DNA from: a virus
Taxonomy: Duplodnaviria > Heunggongvirae > Uroviricota > Caudoviricetes
Strand: one strand, 5' to 3'
IMG/VR virus record: IMGVR_UViG_2721755756_000002
Length of the DNA stretch: 64,000 nucleotides
Part shown: positions 49,214 through 58,820 of the stretch, in pieces
Numbering within the stretch: the first letter of the stretch is position 1
How the letters are laid out: every line of letters begins with the position of its first letter
The notes under the pieces: generated by a model
The model's database searches: none
The model's input: only the letters and a program-made list of their open reading frames with translations
What the model was told of the DNA's origin: nothing
Translations under genes and position numbers: made by a program

Positions 49214-49757
49214 TAACAGAGTATTGTTTGAAATTCTTACGCTTCCTGTTACGGTCTATTGAATTTGGAATTAGAGTTTCTTTGGTTATTTTAAACCTAA
49301 TTGTTATAGAAGATGTATGAAGATTCGTTACATTGACAGGTATTTCAAAACGTGTGAAATGATTGCTCTTGAATATACCGAAATTACTGTCCAGTGGATA
49401 TAATCTGCATCTGTAATTATTTATATATGAATAAACTAGTCCACTATCTTGTGGTGTTAGACCTACATTAAATTTTGTTAGATAGTCTATAGGGTTATTC
49501 TTATCATCAAGAACCATTAAATCAAAAAAGCCAATGTCAGTCGGACTTGGATTTACTAATAAAAAAGAGAAAGATGCCAATGTATATTCAGTTATTGGTT
49601 CGGCTTGTGGGTCAGTAAATATTTCATTCAATATGAAATATTCTTCTGGCAGATGCACACTTAGACGTTTCCTTGATTTATATAGTGTATATAGAGAAAT
49701 CAAAATCGCAATGAAAGAAAAAATGAACGAATAAAAATTTAAGTCAAGCTCATGCAT
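49191..49757 (-). CDS. membrane protein encoded antisense to the early operon (moron; exclusion/abortive-infection candidate)
   Basis: 188 aa; N-terminal TM helix FYSFIFSFIAILISLYTLY; only sizeable minus-strand ORF in this block. Confidence 0.45.
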   Translation of the reverse strand: MHELDLNFYSFIFSFIAILISLYTLYKSRKRLSVHLPEEYFILNEIFTDPQAEPITEYTLASFSFLLVNPSPTDIGFFDLMVLDDKNNPIDYLTKFNVGLTPQDSGLVYSYINNYRCRLYPLDSNFGIFKSNHFTRFEIPVNVTNLHTSSITIRFKITKETLIPNSIDRNRKRKNFKQYSVTIPYPQK

Positions 49758-50277
49758 ACTACCACCTCTTTACAAGGTTAATTATAGTATGCCAAGAAGA
49801 TAAAAACAATATGAAAGGAGGAGAACAAAGCATATGGAATCTTCAATTAATGATAAAGCTTCAATAACGTATGATTTGCAAGGATTGATGATTGAAAAAA
49901 TCGTGTTTACAAGTTGTCCAAAAGAGGTAGAAGATTTAAAAAAATCTGAATTCAGCGTGATACTAAATCCAGATAGTAAAGATGGAGTATTGCTTCATGC
50001 GAATTTCTTTATCCTTTGTAAAGAGACGAATCAGGAATAGGCAGTTTATCATCACCTTCACAAATGAATGATAAGAATGAATGTGGAAAATCGGTATCAA
50101 CTGACTCACCTTGAAAGTACCAACCGAGTTTAACATATTCAGCAATTATCCATTCTTTATAATTTTCACTTAATTCCTCGCTCCTTAGGCGTTGAATAAA
50201 AGTCATAAATGGCAGCCCCCTTTCTTAGCTATATTTTAACGCTAATCGGGGGAATTATAAGAAGAAAGGAGAAGTCA

Positions 50278-50550
50278 ATGGAAGAACATGTTAACGCAGA
50301 AGTGAAACAGAAAGAACGAATGTTATGGACAATGCTTGTGTTGGCGCTCAGCATTACTCTTAACATCGTATTTACATACTCAATACACATGAATTTAGAA
50401 AGTATTGATATATACCGGAAGAAAGTCACTACAACAGAAACCCGAGCGGTGGAGTTAGAGGATGACTTAGAAAGAATGACCACGAAAAATAAAGAACTAG
50501 ATGCGAAGGTTGAAAAGTTAGAAAGGAAACTGGCTGAGCAACCAAAATGA
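50278..50550 (+). CDS. TM + coiled-coil protein ending at an in-frame TGA that precedes a 3D domain
   Basis: RBS AGGAGAAG before ATG 50278; TM helix LWTMLVLALSITLNIVFTY then a heptad-rich segment; TGA at 50548-50550. Confidence 0.5.
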   Translation: MEEHVNAEVKQKERMLWTMLVLALSITLNIVFTYSIHMNLESIDIYRKKVTTTETRAVELEDDLERMTTKNKELDAKVEKLERKLAEQPK

Positions 50551-50838
50551 AGATCATTAGGAGTTTTTAAGCTTACAGCCTATTATGCAGGCGAAGATGA
50601 ATGGGGTAATACAATCGCAAAACCCTGTGATGGTGAGCATAAAGCACGGCTAAACCACACAATAGCTGTTGACCCAAACGTTATACCTCCAGGAAGTAAA
50701 GTCCTCATTGATGGCATCGTCTACACGGCTGAGGATGTAGGCGGCTCAATCAAAGGAAATATCATAGATATCTGGGTAGGCACTGAGCAAAACAGCTTTG
50801 GTGTGAAATACAAAGAAGTTCGCATAATGGAAAAATAG
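50551..50838 (+). CDS. 3D-domain coding segment, in frame with and immediately after the TGA of 50278-50550; no start codon of its own
   Basis: translates to ...FKLTAYYAGEDEWGNTIAKPCDGEHKARLNHTIAVDPNVIPPGSKVLIDGIVYTAEDVGGSIKGNIIDIWVG, clearly homologous to the 3D domain of 21794-22270. Confidence 0.5.
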   Translation, partial: RSLGVFKLTAYYAGEDEWGNTIAKPCDGEHKARLNHTIAVDPNVIPPGSKVLIDGIVYTAEDVGGSIKGNIIDIWVGTEQNSFGVKYKEVRIMEK

Positions 50839-50848
50839 GAGAAAAAAT

Positions 50849-51313
50849 ATGACAAAAGAAGAATTCTGGAAGAAGTTTAAATCTGGTGTGCTTTGCATTC
50901 ACACACCTACGGAAGAACAGTGCATGGCAGTTGTAAAGATGAGTAAAAAAAATGGCATATATTTTGGTTTAGATAGGGCAGAGTATTTTGAATATGGCGA
51001 AAATACATACTTAGGAGTCGTGAAAAAAGATGATTTAGATTTTTTCTCAAGAGTCATGGCTGAATCGCATTTCGGAAAAAGTATTGATTGTTGGCTTGCT
51101 TATGGAACAAAAGAACACGTTGGTCACACTCAGATTGTTGAGTTTTCAGAGGTGTTTGGCGAGGAAGGAGAAGAAAATGAATCAGAGTTGAACATCGATG
51201 CAATTCTTTTAACAGGTTTATCCACTGCTATCGCGGTACTCATTGAGTCAGGGATTCCAGAGTTTTTAATTAATAAGGCAGTTAAAGAAGGTATTGAACA
51301 TGCAAAAAACTGA
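50849..51313 (+). CDS. hypothetical protein
   Basis: 154-aa ORF with RBS. Confidence 0.5.
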   Translation: MTKEEFWKKFKSGVLCIHTPTEEQCMAVVKMSKKNGIYFGLDRAEYFEYGENTYLGVVKKDDLDFFSRVMAESHFGKSIDCWLAYGTKEHVGHTQIVEFSEVFGEEGEENESELNIDAILLTGLSTAIAVLIESGIPEFLINKAVKEGIEHAKN

Positions 51314-51427
51314 GACCAACGAAGTTCTGGATAACATCGACTTCCAGCTGGAGAAAGATGCTGAAGCAGAAGAAGAATTTATGGCACACGAGGAAAGGGA
51401 CAGGAAAAGTACGGAGGAGATTTTCTA

Positions 51428-53485
51428 ATGAAAATATTAAAGGTTATAATTGATAACTTCCGCAATATCGCTCATGCGGACTACGACTTAGGGGATAGGA
51501 ATATCTTCATCGGGCCGAATTATAAAGGCAAGACCAATACAATTCTTGCTATCTATTGGGCGCTAACAGGTTATATGCTTGATGGCAGCAATGATGATAT
51601 GTCACTGAAACCACTAGATGATACCAAGAAGGAAGTATCTGTTGAGCTTGTGTTTGAAGATGGTTGGACATATAAAAAAGCCTATAGTGAAAAATGGACT
51701 ACGAAGCGTGGTACTAAGGAAACAGTAATGGAAGGCCATGTCACTCAATATTACGTTAAGGGTGATAAGAGTAGTGCTAAAGATGCACTGTCAGAGTTGT
51801 TCCAGCATATGGGATTATCAAATATAAAGTTGGAAACGAGTAAATTCGGTTTAGTTAGAGCCATAATTGATCCGTATTATATGGCAGAAACATGTGATTG
51901 GGCAATACTTCGCAGTTTTGTGATTGAGTTAGTTGGCGATGTCAGTAATGACGATGTATATGCTGCCGAAGAGCTGTTAAATAATATTCGTCCTTTATTA
52001 ACTGGATACGGTCATGATACAGCAAAAGCTACTAAGCACCTGAAAAGCAGAATCAAAGGTGCAAAAGATGAAACGAATGAAAAGAAAGCTATGCTGAAAG
52101 GCTTTTCTGATATTGCAGATGTCGATGCTAGTGTATTGGCTACGGCAAAAAAAATATTGGCCGATACCGACAAGACGATTGCACAATACGCTGCACAGAA
52201 AGCCGGATCAGTAAATCAGAAGCTTATTGATTTGCGAAACAATCTTGCACAGGTGAATTTGGAACTGGCAGAATCTATTGAATATGACCGCCACCATCTG
52301 GATGAAGTAAATGCAGATACCAAAGCAAAAATTAGAGGGTATGAAGAAGAAGTGTCTTCCGTGAGGAAAACACTTGCTGAGAAGCGCAATGTATTTACAA
52401 ATATGCAAAACGAGAATGTAAAACTTGATGCTGACATTGAGCGGGTAAAAAATGAAATAGATATCAAGAAAAAAGCAAAGGGAAATAAGCGGGATGAATA
52501 CTTAGTGGCTAAAAAAAGCCAGTTTGATGGTGGTATGGTTCTTCCTGATGAGAATACATGCCCTCGTTGCGGAGAAGTTCTGAATGCTGAATACATTGAT
52601 ACTGTAAAGGCACAGAACGAAAAACTTAAATCAGAGTTTGAGAAAAAAAAGAAAGTCACTCTGGATAGTATTGCATCAGAAGGTAAAAAATTAGAACTTG
52701 AGATCCAGAATCTTGAGTTTGAATTAGACAACTTACAGAAAAAAGAACGTCAAAACCCTGATTTTATCCTTGCAGAAATCAAAAGCATAGAAGCTGATAT
52801 GGCACAGAAGAAAGTAACCATTGAATCTCTGGAAAAGGCCATGGTAAACGAATATACATCGGAGAAGACATATGGTCTTCGCATGAAACAGAACGATATA
52901 CAGTGTGCTATTCGCAAAGAGGAGACTGTAAACACTACAGAAGAACTTGATGCTAAAATTGCAGAATTAAAGGTATCAAAGGTGCCTTATGAAGAAACAA
53001 TCAATAAACATAACCTGTATTTGCAGGCTCATGAACGAGTTAATTTGCTGAATAAAGAACTGGATGATATTGCAACAAAACAGTGCGAATATGAAAGCAA
53101 ACTGATGCTTGTTGAGAAATTCACTCAGACAAAGCTTTCTATGCTTCAGAGCAACGTTGAGAAGGTGTTCGGCAAAGCTGTTAAATTTACTCTTGTTAAA
53201 AGCAATATCAAAGAGGGTTCGTGGGATGAGGTATGTTATCCGTCAGTATTTGGTAAAGATACACCATTTAAAAAGGGTTCTGAATCAGAAAAGATCATTA
53301 CTGGCATTTATCTGATTGAGTGCGTGAAGAAAAAGATGGGTATACCGGATTTACCAATTATCTTTGATGCAGGCAGTGAATTGGACACACAGTCTTTAAA
53401 TACAAGATTAAACACTAATTCACAGCTCATCATGACAAAAGTTGACGATATCAATTATACGGATGTAACGCTGCTTAAAGCGTAG
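51428..53485 (+). CDS. SbcC/Rad50-like SMC ATPase with CxxC zinc hook
   Basis: AAA_23-like N-terminus FRNI...IFIGPNYKGKTNTILAIYWALTG; long coiled coil; CPRCGEVL hook; C-terminal Walker B/D-loop LPIIFDAGSELD. Confidence 0.65.
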   Translation: MKILKVIIDNFRNIAHADYDLGDRNIFIGPNYKGKTNTILAIYWALTGYMLDGSNDDMSLKPLDDTKKEVSVELVFEDGWTYKKAYSEKWTTKRGTKETVMEGHVTQYYVKGDKSSAKDALSELFQHMGLSNIKLETSKFGLVRAIIDPYYMAETCDWAILRSFVIELVGDVSNDDVYAAEELLNNIRPLLTGYGHDTAKATKHLKSRIKGAKDETNEKKAMLKGFSDIADVDASVLATAKKILADTDKTIAQYAAQKAGSVNQKLIDLRNNLAQVNLELAESIEYDRHHLDEVNADTKAKIRGYEEEVSSVRKTLAEKRNVFTNMQNENVKLDADIERVKNEIDIKKKAKGNKRDEYLVAKKSQFDGGMVLPDENTCPRCGEVLNAEYIDTVKAQNEKLKSEFEKKKKVTLDSIASEGKKLELEIQNLEFELDNLQKKERQNPDFILAEIKSIEADMAQKKVTIESLEKAMVNEYTSEKTYGLRMKQNDIQCAIRKEETVNTTEELDAKIAELKVSKVPYEETINKHNLYLQAHERVNLLNKELDDIATKQCEYESKLMLVEKFTQTKLSMLQSNVEKVFGKAVKFTLVKSNIKEGSWDEVCYPSVFGKDTPFKKGSESEKIITGIYLIECVKKKMGIPDLPIIFDAGSELDTQSLNTRLNTNSQLIMTKVDDINYTDVTLLKA

Positions 53486-53499
53486 AAGGAGAAATTATC

Positions 53500-54528
53500 A
53501 TGGGAAATGAAGTAGCAAAGAAACAGCCATTTACTACGGCATTAGCACAAATTCAGGACAAGTTTACAAACGCTGTCGTTAATGCAGGGAAGGCCATGAA
53601 TATTCAGTACAATGAATATCAATCAGCCTGCATGATGAATATGCTTGGAAAAATGCAAGCACTTGCTGTAGAAAATCAATTAGATATTCTGAAAATGGAT
53701 TATAGCCAGATTACGAATATCCTACAGACAGTAGCAATGCTGAATTTGAATATTTCAGCAATACCTAGAGAATGTTATATCATCATCCGAAGCAAAAAGG
53801 TAGGTAATAACTGGAAAAAGGAATTTGAATTTAATATCGAAGGTGATGGTAATGACAAGTTGTTACGGAAATTCGGTGTTGGTGTAAAGGAAGTCCGCAC
53901 ACCTTGGTTAGTGAGAGAGAACGATGAGTTTACATATCCGTCATTTAATGGTTTAGAGGTCACCCCTCCTACATGGACACCAAAGGATTATACCTCAAAG
54001 GTTGTAAGAATCGTGTATCCAATCATTAAGGATAATGACATGGTGGAATTTCATATCGCAGAAAGAGAGGGCGTTGTTCATAATCTGCAAGCGCATATCG
54101 CAAACAATCTAATGAAAAACCGAGAAGTAAAAAATGCGGCAGAATTAAATCAGATGGCAGCAACAAAAACACTGGATGAGATTCTCTCATGCCCTGAATT
54201 GCTTCCTCATATTTCTCCGGCGTGGAAAAATGCCGGAAGTAGTGAAGCTATGATTATCAGGAAAATGAAGAACAATGCCACAAAGAAATTCCCTAAGGAC
54301 TTCCAGAACGCATTCACTGCTGCAGCTTATGAATCAGCATATGAAGATTATGAACAGTACAAAGAGGATGAAAGAATAAATAAAGAAGAAGCTGTAGATG
54401 CAGAAATCATTGAACAATCCGGTACTGAACATATCGAAACACCAAAAGAAGTTATTAAGGAAAAAGCTGCAACACAGCCTGATTCTTCTGATTCTAGGCC
54501 TAAAGATGATGAGGAATGTCCGTTCTGA
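53500..54528 (+). CDS. RecT-family ssDNA-annealing protein
   Basis: N-terminal pattern NEVAKKQPFTTALAQIQDKF...CMMNMLGKMQALAVENQLDI...IIIRSKK typical of RecT/Red-beta-like proteins. Confidence 0.5.
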   Translation: MGNEVAKKQPFTTALAQIQDKFTNAVVNAGKAMNIQYNEYQSACMMNMLGKMQALAVENQLDILKMDYSQITNILQTVAMLNLNISAIPRECYIIIRSKKVGNNWKKEFEFNIEGDGNDKLLRKFGVGVKEVRTPWLVRENDEFTYPSFNGLEVTPPTWTPKDYTSKVVRIVYPIIKDNDMVEFHIAEREGVVHNLQAHIANNLMKNREVKNAAELNQMAATKTLDEILSCPELLPHISPAWKNAGSSEAMIIRKMKNNATKKFPKDFQNAFTAAAYESAYEDYEQYKEDERINKEEAVDAEIIEQSGTEHIETPKEVIKEKAATQPDSSDSRPKDDEECPF

Positions 54529-55286
54529 TGAAATTTATTTGTTTAGCAAGTAGTAGCGCTGGAAACTGCTACTACGTTGAAATAGAAAGAGTAAACCTAC
54601 CTCCAGTGAAATTGATGCTGGAAGTAGGTATCCCTTTTAAAGAAATCATGTATAAGGGACTTAATCAAGGAATCAAAATGTCTGAGATTGATGCAGCAGT
54701 CGTAACACATGGACACGGTGATCATTGTTGTGCTGCAAAGGATTTTGTAAGCCACAGAATACCATTTTATGCAAATGAAGATGTGCTTAGTAAATGTGGT
54801 GGAAACCCAAAGAATAGGCTCATTCACAATGAAATGCGTTATCTAGCAAAGGATACGCTAATCATACCGTTCAACGTAGAACATGATGCGCCCAATAGTC
54901 TTGGTTTCGTGATTTGTACAGACAAGGAAACATTGCTATTCGTTAATGATTGCAAATTCTTCAAAGCTGATTTGTCTGATTATAAATTTGATTATGTTTG
55001 CATCGAAGCGAATTATGATGGCCAGCAAATGCATTTTGCATATGAAGATGCGAAACAGAAAAATGATTATCAGAATATAGCCAGATATGAACGCTTGTTC
55101 GATAGCCATATGTCATTAGCACATTGTCGTGACCATCTAAAAAAGCTGAATTTATCTCAATGTAAGGCAATCTTCCTGATGCACTTGTCGGATAGACATG
55201 CCAATGAAAATAAATTCAAGGAGACTATTTTTGAAGCAACTGGAATCAACACTTATGTGTGTAAAAAGAATGGAGGTATTGTATGA
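54516..55286 (+). CDS. metallo-beta-lactamase-fold nuclease
   Basis: VVTHGHGDHC (HxHxDH) motif. Confidence 0.65.
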   Translation: MSVLMKFICLASSSAGNCYYVEIERVNLPPVKLMLEVGIPFKEIMYKGLNQGIKMSEIDAAVVTHGHGDHCCAAKDFVSHRIPFYANEDVLSKCGGNPKNRLIHNEMRYLAKDTLIIPFNVEHDAPNSLGFVICTDKETLLFVNDCKFFKADLSDYKFDYVCIEANYDGQQMHFAYEDAKQKNDYQNIARYERLFDSHMSLAHCRDHLKKLNLSQCKAIFLMHLSDRHANENKFKETIFEATGINTYVCKKNGGIV

Positions 55287-55534
55287 ACTTGTGGATAGAA
55301 TCTCAGGATAAAGAATTTTTAGGAATATTCAAAAAAATCCAGCAGCATGATGAAGAAATACTTGGATATGATGAAACATGGGAGGATGATGCCAAAGTAG
55401 TTCTTGGAGAATACGCATCAACTGAGCGGGCTAAAGAAGTTATGGCTGAAATTAAAAAAGAGATTATGTTTCTGGCTATGGAAGATGGAACATATTTATG
55501 TCCAAATAATGTATTTGAAATGCCGCAGGAGTAA
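55283..55534 (+). CDS. hypothetical protein
   Basis: 83-aa ORF; ATGA-coupled. Confidence 0.4.
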   Translation: MNLWIESQDKEFLGIFKKIQQHDEEILGYDETWEDDAKVVLGEYASTERAKEVMAEIKKEIMFLAMEDGTYLCPNNVFEMPQE

Positions 55535-55552
55535 GGAAAGAGAGGGAACAAA

Positions 55553-55984
55553 ATGAAACAGACAAAGAAATCAATTATCGAAGCATGTCATGGAAAAATC
55601 ATGGAGAAGGCTGATTATGCATTAGAACAGGTGTTGGCAAATATCAATGATATGAATACTGACGAAAGAAAAAAAAGAGCTATCACGATAAAGTTGGAAT
55701 TCGCTCCGCAGAATGAGCGAAAGGAAATCAAAATGGCGGTTCAGGCATCGGTAAAACTTGTGCCGGCAAACCCAATCGAAACAACGTTATTCAATGTCAT
55801 GGAGCAGAATAAAGAAACTGGTGAAGTGGTTAATGTTTTAAAGGAAATGACAGGGCAGGCACCAGGGCAGATCAATTTTGAAGGTGACATCATCGAACCG
55901 GAAGTATTTGTAATCGGCATGGAAGCAGAAAAAATCATCACAAAGGAAGAAGCCAATAGGGCAGGAGGAGAAGCATTATGTTAA
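55553..55984 (+). CDS. hypothetical protein
   Basis: 143-aa ORF. Confidence 0.45.
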   Translation: MKQTKKSIIEACHGKIMEKADYALEQVLANINDMNTDERKKRAITIKLEFAPQNERKEIKMAVQASVKLVPANPIETTLFNVMEQNKETGEVVNVLKEMTGQAPGQINFEGDIIEPEVFVIGMEAEKIITKEEANRAGGEALC

Positions 55985-56709
55985 AAGAAGCATTGCAGTA
56001 TGTAGCTAGATTAGCTACCGATTCACAGGAAATCATCGTAAAAGATATTAATGGTGAAACTTATGTAAAAGGAGATGCACACCGCATACCTACAGACATG
56101 GCATCTAAAATGAGACTCAATAGTTTGGATTCCACAGTAGACTATATTAAAGATTGTATCAGTGGTTGTAAGTTTGTGCTTCCGTATGTTGTCAATGTTG
56201 GATATAAAGAAATTGATGTATATAGCGGACTCAATGAACGTCTGGAACGTAATGTTTTGATCGAAACAACACCTTTATTGCCTCGTATATCATTTGATCA
56301 TTGGATGGACATGGAATCATTTGTAATCCAGTTGAAAACTTGCTTTGTTGAAACTGACAATTTGAATAAGTTGGTCGCTATTGTATCATCCATTACCGAT
56401 GAATCGAAGGTTTCAATGGAGGATGATGGATTTGGACTGAAAGTATCTCAGGTGAGCGGCACCACCATCAAAAAACCGGAAGAATTCCAGATTAACCCAA
56501 TTGTGAGACTTGCTCCATACCGTACTTTTACCGAATTAACTCAGCCAGAAAGTAGATTCCTGTTACGTGTTCGAGACGGCGGTAAAATGGCACTTTATGA
56601 AGCTGATGGAGGAATGTGGAAATTAGAAGCGCAGCGAAACACATCGGATTATCTGCGTGAAGCACTGGCAGAAGAGATTGCAAATGGCACAGTGGTGGTA
56701 GTCGGATAA
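55978..56709 (+). CDS. hypothetical protein
   Basis: 243-aa ORF. Confidence 0.5.
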   Translation: MLKEALQYVARLATDSQEIIVKDINGETYVKGDAHRIPTDMASKMRLNSLDSTVDYIKDCISGCKFVLPYVVNVGYKEIDVYSGLNERLERNVLIETTPLLPRISFDHWMDMESFVIQLKTCFVETDNLNKLVAIVSSITDESKVSMEDDGFGLKVSQVSGTTIKKPEEFQINPIVRLAPYRTFTELTQPESRFLLRVRDGGKMALYEADGGMWKLEAQRNTSDYLREALAEEIANGTVVVVG

Positions 56710-57131
56710 TGCAATTTACCGTCTATGGTGAACCAGTAGCAAAAGGAAGACCTAAGTTCAGCAGACAGGGAAATTTTGTAAGATCATATACTTCGACCAA
56801 GACAACGAATTATGAGAATTTAGTGAAGCTCTCATATGCTGAAGCGTGCCGTGGATTGAATAATCCTTTAGAGGGGGAAGTGTCAATGAGAATTGATGCT
56901 TTCTTCTCTATCCCAAAATCAACAAGTAAAAAGAAAAGAGAGTTGATGAACACTGGATTGATAAATCACACAAAGCGCCCTGATGCAGATAATCTTGCTA
57001 AAGCCATATGTGATGCACTGAACAAGGTTGCCTATGCCGATGATAGCCAGATCGTGCATCTTGAAGTAAATAAGTATTATAGTGATGTCCCAAGGGTAGA
57101 AATCACGATTGAGGAGGTACTACATGAATGA
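56709..57131 (+). CDS. rusA: RusA-family Holliday junction resolvase
   Basis: MQFTVYGEPVAKGRPKF N-terminus and ...RPDADNLAKAICDAL Asp motif. Confidence 0.7.
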   Translation: MQFTVYGEPVAKGRPKFSRQGNFVRSYTSTKTTNYENLVKLSYAEACRGLNNPLEGEVSMRIDAFFSIPKSTSKKKRELMNTGLINHTKRPDADNLAKAICDALNKVAYADDSQIVHLEVNKYYSDVPRVEITIEEVLHE

Positions 57132-57432
57132 AGAAAGCAATGAAGTTATCACCTTACAAATTAATGACAAACTACGCATTTTGAATGGTGATAACGACAG
57201 CTTTATTTTACAGGAAGCTTATATATCAGAAAAAACGAACACTTTACAGTGGCGTAATAAGAGCTATTACAGCGACATTTTGACTTGCCTATACGCAATC
57301 CTCCGGAGAATGCCAATCGAGCAGGGAGATACCATTGCAACGTACACAGAGCGTTTTGAGAAGTTATATCAGTTTCTATACATTGATTTTCTTGGAAAAG
57401 TAAGTTTGAAAGCAAAAAAAACATGGGGGTAA
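57109..57432 (+). CDS. hypothetical protein
   Basis: 107-aa ORF. Confidence 0.4.
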   Translation: MRRYYMNEESNEVITLQINDKLRILNGDNDSFILQEAYISEKTNTLQWRNKSYYSDILTCLYAILRRMPIEQGDTIATYTERFEKLYQFLYIDFLGKVSLKAKKTWG

Positions 57433-57451
57433 GGGGGCAGTGAAAGAAGGG

Positions 57452-58004
57452 GATGAAGAAAATGAAACTGAGTGATTTGAAAACGGGTATGTGGGCTAAG
57501 TCAAGGAATGGTGACATGTCTCTTGTTATGAGAGACCACGTATCTATAAGTTCAAGTGATGGCATATTTATTGACAAATGTGGATATTTTGAATTCAAAG
57601 AATACAATGATGATATGACAGATTGTGAGTTCACAGAACGCGACATAATCGAAGTGTTTATACCAGATTTGGAAAAGTGCACATTAAATGGAGATGGTCT
57701 AATCTCTATCTGGAAAAGAAAAGAATTGCCGAAATTAGCTCCATTTGAAAAAGAATTTCTAAAAGCTTTAAAGCCTGCATATAGAAATGGTTGGATTGCT
57801 AGAGATAAAGGTGGAGACTTGTATGCACATGATAGAGAGCCAATAAAGAACGGACTAGGTTGGGTAAGTAGATACTGTTATGAAATTAGTGATTTTGCCA
57901 ATTTCCCGCTCTTTTCCAGAGAATCCTTTACATGGTGTCAATGGGAAGACGAAGAACCGTGGTATATTCCGGATTTGTTAAAAGAGGCATAAGGTATGGC
58001 TTCA
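57452..58004 (+). repeat. ~550-bp direct repeat, copy 2
   Basis: see copy 1. Confidence 0.8.
57453..57992 (+). CDS. hypothetical protein; copy 2 of the duplicated gene (copy 1 at 38059-38589)
   Basis: near-identical protein with 3 extra N-terminal residues. Confidence 0.6.
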   Translation: MKKMKLSDLKTGMWAKSRNGDMSLVMRDHVSISSSDGIFIDKCGYFEFKEYNDDMTDCEFTERDIIEVFIPDLEKCTLNGDGLISIWKRKELPKLAPFEKEFLKALKPAYRNGWIARDKGGDLYAHDREPIKNGLGWVSRYCYEISDFANFPLFSRESFTWCQWEDEEPWYIPDLLKEA

Positions 58005-58820
58005 TATAAAAGGCATCTGAATAAAGACTATACTGTCATGCCTAACCATCATCTACGAAATAAGGATTTATCGTTAAAAGCAAAAGGATTGCTTAGCATG
58101 ATGTTAGGGTTACCTGATGATTGGGATTATTCAATCAACGGTCTGGTGGCAATATCCAGAGAAGGCAGAACAGCTGTTGAAAATGCTTTGAAAGAATTAA
58201 GAGAAGCGGGCTATGTTGTCATACGTAAGTTATATCCTAATCAAACAGATAGTAGAATCATTGAATATGAGTACAATATCTACGAATTTCCACAAGGCGA
58301 AAATGTAGCGAGTCAAGACATCATATATCAAGAAGCACATAAACAAGGAACAGGTTTTCAGCCCCTTGAAAACCACCAACAATTAAATACTTATAAATCA
58401 AATACTTATAATAAAAGAAATATAAAAGAAATTCAATTTGATTTGACAGGAAAAGAAGAAACGGACAAATCTACACCAGAGATAGAGTTAGAGATAGATA
58501 TATATAAATATAATGTGCAAATTCATGATGAATTTGAAGAATTATGGAAGCTTTATCCTAACAAAAAAGGTAAGACTAATGCATTTAAGTCTTATGAAAG
58601 AGAATGCAAGAAAAAGAAGAATCCTGCTAAGTTTGAGGAAGTGAAGAAAGGCCTTATTGCATATTGTGAATATATCAAAGCAACGAATATAGAAATGCGC
58701 TTCATAAAGAATGGTTCTACCTGGTTTAATCAAAGATGCTGGGAGGATGATTATACTATCCAAAATGGAAAGAATAGTCAGACAAATAAGAAGGCTCAAC
58801 CGGAATATGAATTATTGTGA
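57996..58820 (+). CDS. DnaD-like phage replisome organiser / replication initiator
   Basis: N-terminus YTVMPNHHLRNKDLSLKAKGLLSMMLGLPDDWDYSINGL...AVENALKELREAGYV resembles the phage replisome-organiser N-terminal domain. Confidence 0.5.
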   Translation: MASYKRHLNKDYTVMPNHHLRNKDLSLKAKGLLSMMLGLPDDWDYSINGLVAISREGRTAVENALKELREAGYVVIRKLYPNQTDSRIIEYEYNIYEFPQGENVASQDIIYQEAHKQGTGFQPLENHQQLNTYKSNTYNKRNIKEIQFDLTGKEETDKSTPEIELEIDIYKYNVQIHDEFEELWKLYPNKKGKTNAFKSYERECKKKKNPAKFEEVKKGLIAYCEYIKATNIEMRFIKNGSTWFNQRCWEDDYTIQNGKNSQTNKKAQPEYELL

